Shown: one piece after another, positions 54,037-64,000 of the stretch
Layout: every line of letters begins with the position of its first letter
Position numbering within the stretch: the stretch's first letter is position 1
From: Octopus sinensis
Taxonomy: Eukaryota
DNA length: 64,000 nt
NCBI RefSeq assembly: GCF_006345805.1
Contig: NC_043012.1
Span: 22,382,001 to 22,446,000 of the forward strand
Reading direction: 5' to 3'
Made by a program: the position numbers and the translations under genes
Notes under the pieces: generated by a model
The model's database searches: none
Told to the model about the DNA's origin: nothing
The model's input: only the letters and a program-made list of their open reading frames with translations

Positions 54037-54366
54037 ATATATATATATATATACATACAAATATATATAAATACACACACACACATGAATATATATATAC
54101 ATATATACATACACATATATATATATATAATATATATATATATATGTAAATATAAATATATATATATATAAATAAATATATATATATATATTTATATATA
54201 TATATATATATATATATAATAAATATATATATATAAATAATATATATATATAAATATAAATATATATAAATATATAATATATATATATCATAGTAAGAGC
54301 ACAACTTTGAGAAAGTTGGGTGTTTTCTATACTCCACATCTATAATCTTTTTGATTATTAATGTGT
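53644..54366. repeat. Tandem duplication with a ~363-bp period (AT microsatellite plus ~80-bp unique core)
   Basis: catagtaagagcacaactttgagaaagttggg...gattattaatgtgt at 53926 and 54289. Confidence 0.9.
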
Positions 54367-55217
54367 GCACACACACACACACGCGCACACACACACACAG
54401 ATATATACATATTTAGGTACGTGCACACATACATGCCCACAAATATGTGAATATGTGCATGAAAATCCTTATTATATTTCTTGTATTTATTATTGTTTTT
54501 ATTTTGCTTCTGTCATATTTTTGCCAGATTGTTCCACGATGAAAGCAAATAAAAGTATAATGAAGAAAACACACAAAATTATTCAACTTTCAAATAGTTG
54601 TATACCAAAGGCATCCATCTATTCAACTGAAGCCATTATAATAGAATGACAGTGAGAAGCATGGAATGGCTGGGTGGGTAAGAAGCTTACTTTTGCAAAG
54701 ACGTAGTTCTAGGTTCAATTCCTCTACGTGCTATTATGGTCATGTATCTCCTGTTTCAGCAGCAGGGTGAGTGTAATCTTTGTGAGTGGTATTTGGTAGA
54801 TGGAAACTGTACAGAAACTCACTGTGTGTGTGCGTGTGTGTGTGTGTATAGGCACAGGCATGGCTGTGTGGTATGGAATTTGCTTCCTAACCACACGGTT
54901 ATAAGTTCAATCATACTGCGTGTTGCCCACATATCCCCTGCATATAAGAATGCAGGTAGGATGATGCCATGGTCTTGTTTAGCTGTGCTTTGAGCATGTC
55001 TTTAATTAAGGTAAATGTCTCCCACCTTGCCATTACCATGCATGACATTTCACCATTCATAGCATGCCGGGTGAAATGCTCAGCAGTACTTCATCTGTCT
55101 TTACGCTCTGAGTTCAAATTCTGCTGAGGTCACCTTTCCCTTTTATCCTTTCAGGCATGCTAAATTAAGTACCAGTTGCATACTGGGGTCAATTTGATCA
55201 ACTGGACCCCTCCCCCA

Positions 55218-55272
<55 letters not shown>

Positions 55273-55732
55273 TATATATGCATATAAAAGTTAAAAAGCT
55301 AGTCCTAAAATCTCTCTAAGAGATGAACACAGTAGTTGTACTACTAAGTAACGTTTGTAACATGCCTGTTCTGTTCAAACAGACTTTACTGTGATTTTTT
55401 AACCCAGCAGGATATCTCTAGCTGGTTAACGATACATACCTGCATCCAATATATTGCGATATATATGGAGAGAGAGAGAGAGAGAGAGAGAGACAAAGAG
55501 AGAGTGAGAGTGAGAGAGAGACACAGAGAGAGAGAGAGAGAGCGTGAGAGAGAGTGAGAGTGAGGAAGAGAGAGAAACATCAGTGCCAAACAGTGATTAA
55601 GAATAAAGAGACTTTATGTTAGTTAAAATGTTTGTGGAATATTTTAACTTCTAAAGGCAATTTCACTGCAGTTGCCATGGAAAAAAATCCCTTCTTACGG
55701 TAAAAAGGTGTAAAAACACAATATCTGTCCAG

Positions 55733-55748
55733 TGCTGCCCCCTACTGG
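55733..55748 (-). promoter_or_regulatory. CTCF-like binding motif
   Basis: Minus strand CCAGTAGGGGGCAGCA, a full match to the CCASYAGRKGGCRS core, in AT-rich non-repeat sequence. Confidence 0.4.
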
Positions 55749-56192
55749 ATTCACAAATGCATGTTTCTGGTTCTTTAGCCATTACCAATGGGAAATACCG
55801 AAGAAAGATAACCCTGGGCAGATTCAAAGCTATGGCTATAACTAAAAAACAGCAAGATCAGTGACATGAGTTGAGATAAAAAGAACAGGATCGATGCCAA
55901 GTAATGTTTGGGAATAAAGGAATTTTAGGCTGGGTGCAATGTAACTGCTTTTTAGTGGGTGACAGAGGAGAAACAACCCCCCAACATACATAAAGGTTAT
56001 ATATATAATGTGTGTGTGTAAATGTATATACATAACACATACACACACACTCATATATATATATACAGCCGAAATTGCGAAGATGATCCGGTTCTTGACT
56101 GAAGATTGAAGGCTTCGAATGTCCCGTCCGTTTTTTTGTGTCATCTTCTAAATGTTTCACGTTCTTGTCCCAGTTTGTATTTTTTTTTACTT

Positions 56193-56231
<39 letters not shown>

Positions 56232-57439
56232 TGTGAGTGTGTATGTGTTATGTATATACATTTACATGATTAATATGTGAGCTACTTCAAGTTTCATGTT
56301 CAGACAATGCAGTAACTAGACCATGTAGACATATGCATCTACATATATATGTGTGTGTGTGAGTTGTGTTTGGTTTTGTGAAGGCATCTGAAGTAAGTGT
56401 GTGGGCTGACCACTCTTTTTTCTTAAATTGGTAAATTGGAAGGGTTGTGTGTCATGGGAGAAATATCCCCCGGTTGCCCAAATAAATGAACTTGTGCTGT
56501 TGGTCCAACAAGAGAACTTTACAGGGTTGTTTGAAGATAACTGCATCAATAAACTAATCCAAAGAGAGAGAGAGAGAGATAGAGGGAGAGGTGGATAGGA
56601 GGAAGAATTCTATGTGGTCACTTGTGGCAAAGTGGAAAGAAGGCTTTCAAAACTGACCAAATAAACAACCTTATCCCTTAGCCAATCAACTCAATGAGGG
56701 AGATCAGAGGTGAACAGCTTTTATGAAAATGTGGGCCGCATGAAACATGGCTCATCATCAAGCCAGTTGCACCGCCATGTATTTGAAGGTAAACTTTTGT
56801 TAGGTATTCCATTCGGAAAGTCCTACTACAGGCTGCCCATGACTGCTCAAGGTGGTCATTTGACAGGCTAAAACAAAAAATTAGCCAAATTTCCTTGAAA
56901 AATTCCATCTCCATCATTGAAAGAACACATTTGGCAATATAAATATTGAGTATAATATACAAATTAATTGGGATTGTCAAAGCCAGAAAGCATTTGATTA
57001 GAGATCTGCATAATTAGGGCTAACCTGGGGCTTAAACTGACCCAATTTGTGAGGATACAATTCTGCTGATGACTAACGACTAATGAACATCTCAATGATT
57101 CTGGCCACATCAATCATTCCGTGAATGTTGTAGGAGTTTATTCAACTGGAGATATGAATAAGTTAATTGGAAACACTGGCATTGCAATCCATCCATCCAT
57201 CCACATGAATGAGGTATGTGATCATAACAAGCCTGCTTAGGTGGACTTTGCCACTGTTCAGTACGGTAAAGGCAGCAATAAGGAGAGAGAGAGAGTGTGT
57301 GTGTGTGTGTGTGTGTATGGATAAGCATAATTGAAAAGGGGTTGGCTGGTTGGTCAATGTACACCACACCACTCTCCTACCAAATACCATTTCTAGCTTC
57401 AAATAACTTGCTTCTTTGCCTGCATCATTCTGTGGCTGC

Positions 57440-57475
<36 letters not shown>

Positions 57476-57623
57476 GTGTGTGTGTGTGGTGTGTGCGTGT
57501 GTATGTGTGTGTGCGTGTGTGTGTGTGTACATGTGTGTATGTGTGTGTGTGTATGTGTGTGTGTATGTGAGTGTGTGTGTGTATGTGTGTGTGTGTGTGT
57601 GTGTGTTGTGTGTGTGTGTATGT

Positions 57624-57667
<44 letters not shown>

Positions 57668-57973
57668 TGTGTGTGTGTATGTGTGTGTGTACCGGATTAA
57701 TCAGTAGCCACTGTCACTGACATTTCTGTACTGGTCATCATAATCAACGCCCCTCACTGTTTTAATTATTGAGAGGTGACAGACACACGGAATTGCAATT
57801 CGTGTTTTGTTATTGGCCTCTTGTGGACAAATACTCATTAGATTTGCTGAGCCAAAACAAAACCCTGTCACAGAATGTAAAGTACAGGAAGCAGTGTTTG
57901 GTAACAGAGTGAAAAAGCAAGCAATAAAAGAAAACTACTGAATAATTATAAAATAATGGTGATGATGATGATA

Positions 57974-58007
<34 letters not shown>

Positions 58008-59317
58008 GGATGATGATGAGGATGATGATGATGATAAAAATAACAAAAATTCTTTCTTATTAATCTAGGCACAGGCTCTGAAATTTTGGAGAAAGAGACA
58101 TGTTGATGACATTGACCCCCCAGTGCACAGCTGGTACATATTTTATTGAGTGTGTAAGGAAGACAGCAAAAGGTGACCTCAGAAGTATTTTGAGTTCAGA
58201 ACATGAGGATTGGCAAGAAATTCCACCAAGCATTTGGTCCAGTTGCAGAGTGCAGTAATAACCCTGCCTGATTGCTGCCTTTAATAACAACAACAACAAC
58301 AATAATAATAATAACAACAACAACAATCCTTTGTATCATAGGCACAAGGCCTCAAATTTGTAGGAAGGGATTAAGTTGGTTACATCGACCCCAGTGCGTA
58401 ACAGGTACTTATTTAATTAATCCCGAAAGGAGGAAAAACAAAGTCAACCTCGACAGAATTTGAACTCAGAACATAGCAGCAGACGAAATATCAGAGAGCA
58501 TTTTGCACGGCATGCTAACGATTCTGCCAACTCACCACCTTATGATTAATAATAATAATAATAATATGGCCAGAAGAAAATTCTAACAGGGCCTCACCTG
58601 CAAGGTCATGTGCTGTTTATCTTGATATAAGATCACCATGTCGCGCACATATGGTTGTGATGCATGTGCCTAGTGTACCCTTATCAGACTGGTAGTCATG
58701 ATGGGTATACTGGGCTTCGTATATTTTACCCCAGTGTCACTTTGATGGCATGAACTGCTCTCTCACTCAATAATAATAATAATAATAATTGTGAATATTT
58801 AATTCATTTTTTTATATATGTCAAAACAAACCTCCAGTATTCACATCAACTTCATTATCATCAAACCCCTTTTCAGTTGAGATTTTTTCTTTTCTTTTCT
58901 TTTTTTCTTTCTTTCTTTCTTTCTTTCTATTCTTTTCTTTCTCTCTTTCTTTTCTTTCATTCTTTTTATATTGCATACTGCAGTTGGTTGCAGTACTGCT
59001 TGCTGCTGAAGTTGAATTATGAGTGGCCTCAACACCACTGTCGCCACCACCACCCTCCTAATCTACTCTCCCTACGATGACCCCTTTTTGCATCCCCTTC
59101 TCTATCACCATCCTGCAGTTGTCATTTCATTGCTGCTGCTGTTGGTGCTGTTGCTGCTTTGTTTGTTTGTTTGTTTGTTTGTTTGTTTGTCTGTTTCAAT
59201 GTTATCTCAACACTTCATCTTCTCCTTAATCAACGTCAGTCGTCAGTCACTGGGTCGTCATCATCATTTGTTATTGTTGTTGTTGTTGTTGAGGTCACTG
59301 ATGGATCTGGAGCACAC

Positions 59318-59348
<31 letters not shown>

Positions 59349-59689
59349 GAGTTTTAGCAGCTGACAGGGCTGTTATGGAAACGGACCTCAATTACTAAGT
59401 AGTTGTCAATGACATGGTCAACACACAACAATCTCACCACTGACAGTCTGTCTGTGTGTCCATTAATGGTTAGATATTCTGATGGTAACATTGGTGACAG
59501 TAGCAGAACAATAAAAAAACAAACAAAAAAAAAAGAAACATATGGCTGTGTGGTTAAGAAGCCTGCTTTGTAACCACATGCCTTCAGGTTCATTCCCACT
59601 GCGCAGCACCTTGAACAGTGTCTTCTACTGCCGACCTGAGATGACCACTGCCTTTGTCAGTGAATTTGGCATTTGGAAAGTGTGTGTGT

Positions 59690-59731
<42 letters not shown>

Positions 59732-60654
59732 TGTGTGTGTATGTGTATGTGTGTGTGTGTGTGTGTGCTACAGTCACCTTGCCTTGACTTTGCTGGATGG
59801 TTGTAAACGAGTGTCACTGTCATGCAAGTGGGGTCGTTTCTTACCAGTCTCCCACAGAAGTATGTCTGGTCAGGGGGAAACTGCAGAGATGCAGAGAACA
59901 TAAAGCAAACATTTATTAAAACGAAATGTGGGACTTTCCAAGATGGGAGATGGAGAAAAAGAAAAGGGGAGAACAAAGGAGGGAGAAAGGGGGTGATATC
60001 TAGAAGGGTCAAACCAAAGATAAAATTACAGAACATTAGGAAGAAGGACAATTTGCTTCTGAGTTGCTCAAGAATATGTAAATTGTTCCTGCCGATAAAC
60101 CCTTATTAAAACAACAAACTCTTTTATAGGGGCCCTTAAAAGTAGTCATTAGTATATATATTTATACATAAAAGGAAAAATACAAAACCAAACAACAAAG
60201 GAATAGTGTGGTGGTGGTGGGGTTAGTGGTGGTGGTGGTGGATGTGGGTGAAGTAGTAACGAAGAGGTATATTCGTTTATTATTTCAATTCCAGATAGAT
60301 TCATTTTGATGTCTAGAAGGGTTAGGGTTAAGGTTTTTTTCTTTCTTCTCCTTTTTCTCTTTTTTTCTTTTTGTTTTTATATTTGCTGTATTTTATTTTA
60401 CTTTATTTATTTTATTTTATTTATTTTTATATATATATATATTATATCTTGGCCTGTTTCTTGTTCGTTTCTGCTGTCATGATAGCCCCATTTCAAATTG
60501 GGGATTTTGTCTTAAATGTCCTGCTGCCTTGCAGACAAGGTGAACACATAAGGAAGAAAGAAAAAAAAAACGAAAAAAAAAAACGAAAAGAAACAAACAA
60601 ATAAATAAATGACCATCACCACCAATGAAACAAAACAAAAGAATATATTTTTTA

Positions 60655-60874
60655 ACTGATGATGATGATGATGACGAGAATGATGATGATGATGGTGATG
60701 ACGAGAATGATGATGGTGATGATGATGATGATGATGGTGGTGATGGTGATGATAATGATGGTGATGATGATAATGATGATGATGATGGTGGTGGTGGTGA
60801 TGATGATGTGATGATGATGATAATGATGATGATGATGATAGTGGTGATGAAGATGATGATGATGATGGTGATGG

Positions 60875-60905
<31 letters not shown>

Positions 60906-61120
60906 GATGACGATAATTATGATGATGATGATGGTGGTGATGATGATGATGGTAAGGATGATGGTGATGATGATGATGGCGATGATGATGCTGACAATAA
61001 CACAATTAGTGAAATTATAATGATGATGATGTTGATGATGAAAGTGATGATGATGATGATGAAAATGATGATGCAGAGGACGACAATGATGAAAGTAATG
61101 ATGAGAATGAAGATGACGAT
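60655..61120. repeat. (GAT)n/(GGT)n trinucleotide array
   Basis: Direct inspection. Similar arrays at ~12520-12670, ~42430-42650 and ~43480-43890. Confidence 0.9.
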
Positions 61121-61622
61121 GGTGAGATCATGACGCCGCCGCCGCCGACAGCAGCGCCGATCACAATGCCAGTGATAACGGACAACATCCCGGACGCAAG
61201 CAACAACATACAATCCCTCAATGCCTAGCAGCATAAAACCGAAGACAGAGAATAACGGAATATATATATATATATAACAAAGTGTAATCTCAATGAAGGA
61301 GAGAAAGCGGATGACCGGAGGGCGGACAGAGTTGATTATTAGAGAACAGTAGTGAAAGATTGTTAATTTGATGTAGAAACAGTTTAATGCTTCGAGATAC
61401 AAGTTTGGAAACAATTTGTCATTACTGTAGATGCATACACAAATATCATTGCAGACGTAAATAAATAAACCTACATATGTATAAAGATGTATGGCATGTG
61501 GAGGTGTATATATATATATATACATGTTTTTGTTTACTACTTTGCACATGTGGGGGATATTGTATGTGTGTGTATGCATGTGTGTGTGTATGCATGTGTG
61601 TGCATGCCTGTATATACATATA

Positions 61623-61685
<63 letters not shown>

Positions 61686-61857
61686 GCATATATGTAGATA
61701 TATGTATACATAGACACAGGCATTCATACATCAGCACATACATCTCTCTTCCTATATGTAGAGACAAATTTATATAGGTATGAATGCCTGTATGTATATA
61801 TACATACGTGGGTGTTTTTATATACAGACATATGAATACATACACATATGTATATAA

Positions 61858-61909
<52 letters not shown>

Positions 61910-62305
61910 ATGTATATATATATATTTATGTATATATATATGTATGTATGTATGTATGTAGATTTATATACACATATGCACACACACACACACACAAGCA
62001 TATATAGATCATCATCATCATCATTGTTTTGTTTTCTTTTCTACATTTGCATGGGTCAAGCAATATTTTTTTGAGGCAGGATATTGTGGCCAAATGCCCT
62101 TCTTGTAACCAACATGCACCCGCTTTCATGCAAGATAATAATTGCCTCAGTCTATTGAACTACCAACAGCTCAGACATATTTTTGTGGAGAAATGCAAAC
62201 ACATGACATTAATCACATGATCAGTAATACATCACTTACAATTGTTGTGCACATGACAAGACCAGATGAATAAACACTGTTATGTACACACACACACAAG
62301 CGTGT

Positions 62306-62693
62306 ATACTCTTTTACTCTTTTGTTTCAGTCATCTGACTGTGGCCATACTGGAGCACAGCCTTTAGTCAAACAAATCGACCCCATAGCTTATTCTTTGT
62401 AAGCCTAGTACTTATTATATTAGTCTCTTTTGCCGAACCGCTAGGCTACAGGGACATAAACACACCAACGTCAGTTGTCAAGCGATGTTGGGGGGACAAA
62501 TACAGACACAAAAATACCACACACACATATATCCATTTATATTTATATGACTAGATTCTTTCAGTTTCCGTCTACAAAATCCACTCACAAGGCTTTGGTC
62601 AGCCTGAGGCTATAGTAGAAGACACTTGCAGTGGGACTGAACCTGGAACCATGTGGTTGGTAAGCAAGCTACTTACCATACAGCCACTCCTGT
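62306..62693 (-). mobile_element. SINE family A, full-length
   Basis: tactcttttactcttttgtttcagtcatctgactgtggcc...cttaccatacagccactcctg. Confidence 0.85.
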
Positions 62694-64000
62694 GTATGGT
62701 TGAGTCATGGATATGACTTTAAAATGCATATAACAGTGAGGGCCTGGGTTGTAAATTTCAGAGTTTTTGAGGAGAGTGGAGTCACCTGTTAGCCCACCTG
62801 TCGGGGTCCCATCTATAGGTTAATTAGCATATTGGGGGTTGTCTATTTATGTGTGTGAAGACTGAATCTGGCAGACTCTATACAAGAAACTTTCCCGAAG
62901 GAAGGCTGTTGCAGCAATGCATTGTGGGATGCAGAGGGCAAGATGAGACAAGTGAGACACCTTGGTCGTCCACTGCATCCCTCTCCATCCCCTGGTTATC
63001 TTGACCTGGTCTTGCCACTGGACTGAAGGTGGTCACAGATGAGTGAGTGAGGCTGATGGCGTGCATGTCTTCTTCACTAGAAACAAAGTCACCCTTAAGG
63101 ATGACCGAATGGTCCTTGTTACTCTGATGGACAAACAAAATATATGTGTGTATGTGTATGTGTGTGTTTGTGTGTACACACATTACTGTAGACATTAATT
63201 TTCCTTTTTACACAGACTAATTAGTAAATTATAATTAGAACTACAAGTAATTTTGGGAATTGGAGCAATAATTGTAATTCATTGATGCATTTATATATAT
63301 TTTGGTAAGTGCTCATGTACGAAACTTTCAGTCTATGAGTCACTCTGTTGATTCTGCTAAATATTAACAAATAAAAATGTGCGTGCCTGTGTGTGTTTGC
63401 GTATGTGTGAAGTTCCTTGGGCAGGTGGTTAGGACATAGCACTGGTGATCAAGAGAGAGCATAGTTTCAATTCCCAGGCTGGAGGTAATGTTGTGTTCTT
63501 GAGCAAGATATTTTACTTCACATTGTCCCAGTCTACTCTGCTATAAATGGACTGGCATTCCACTCAGGGGAAAAGTTGGCCTGCATGCCTAGCTAGGGGA
63601 GGGGCATCATTCAAAAGTTAAAACAATACAAAGCATATTGTGGGGTACAATATCAGATTGTCTATCATGATACTGTCATCATCATCATCATCATCATCAT
63701 CGTTTAACGTCCGTTTTCCATGCTAGCATGGGTTGGACGGTTTGACCCGGATCTGGGAAGCCAGAAGGCTGCACCAGGCCCCAGTCTTTTCTGGCAGTGT
63801 TTCTACAACTGGATGCCCTTCCTAACGCCAACCACTCCATGAGTGTAGTGGGTGCTTTTTACGTGCCACCAGCATGAGGTGCCAGGCGAGGCTGGCAACG
63901 GCCATGATTGGATTGGTGCTTTTTACATACCACCAGCACGGAAGCCAGTCAAGGATATATATTGGGTCATCCCATAAGTAATGTGTTTTTATTCAATTGC

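Noticed and set aside
60315-60335. Telomeric TTAGGG repeat
   Set aside because: Only one or two imperfect units, which is expected by chance.
60625-61020. Asp/Gly-rich ORF resembling molluscan acidic shell-matrix proteins
   Set aside because: It is a (GAT/GGT)n array like several others here, shifts frame into poly-Met, and has no signal peptide or splice support.

Overview
Eukaryotic, AT-rich, microsatellite- and SINE-saturated DNA. The repeat content suggests a coleoid cephalopod (Octopus-like); this is an inference. The only host gene I can support is the 3' half of WDR4 (TRM82/wuho, the WD40 partner of the METTL1 tRNA m7G46 methyltransferase) on the minus strand. It has four GT-AG exons with compatible phases (27368-27184, 21710-21506, 3686-3602, 2731-2544), giving 220 aa plus stop, and a likely AATAAA at 2299-2294. 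I did not find its 5' exons in the remaining 36.6 kb. The rest is transposon debris and simple repeats: a CR1-type LINE 3' end, RTE and R4/Dong-like (RLE) fossils, three Tc1/mariner fossils, several tRNA-derived SINE families, DINE/Helentron-like elements and Penelope-like remnants. Nearly all ORFs in the supplied track are microsatellite artefacts. The most notable observations are (i) a long palindrome whose arms fold like a minimal hammerhead ribozyme with a swapped G3-C8 core pair, plus other Penelope-type hammerhead remnants; (ii) repeated SINE-into-SINE insertion at TAC|C sites with long TSDs; (iii) long hairpins and inverted SINE pairs that could form dsRNA in the pre-mRNA; (iv) two CTCF-like motifs; and (v) weak hints of a nested plus-strand transcript. 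I found no unambiguous new biological system.
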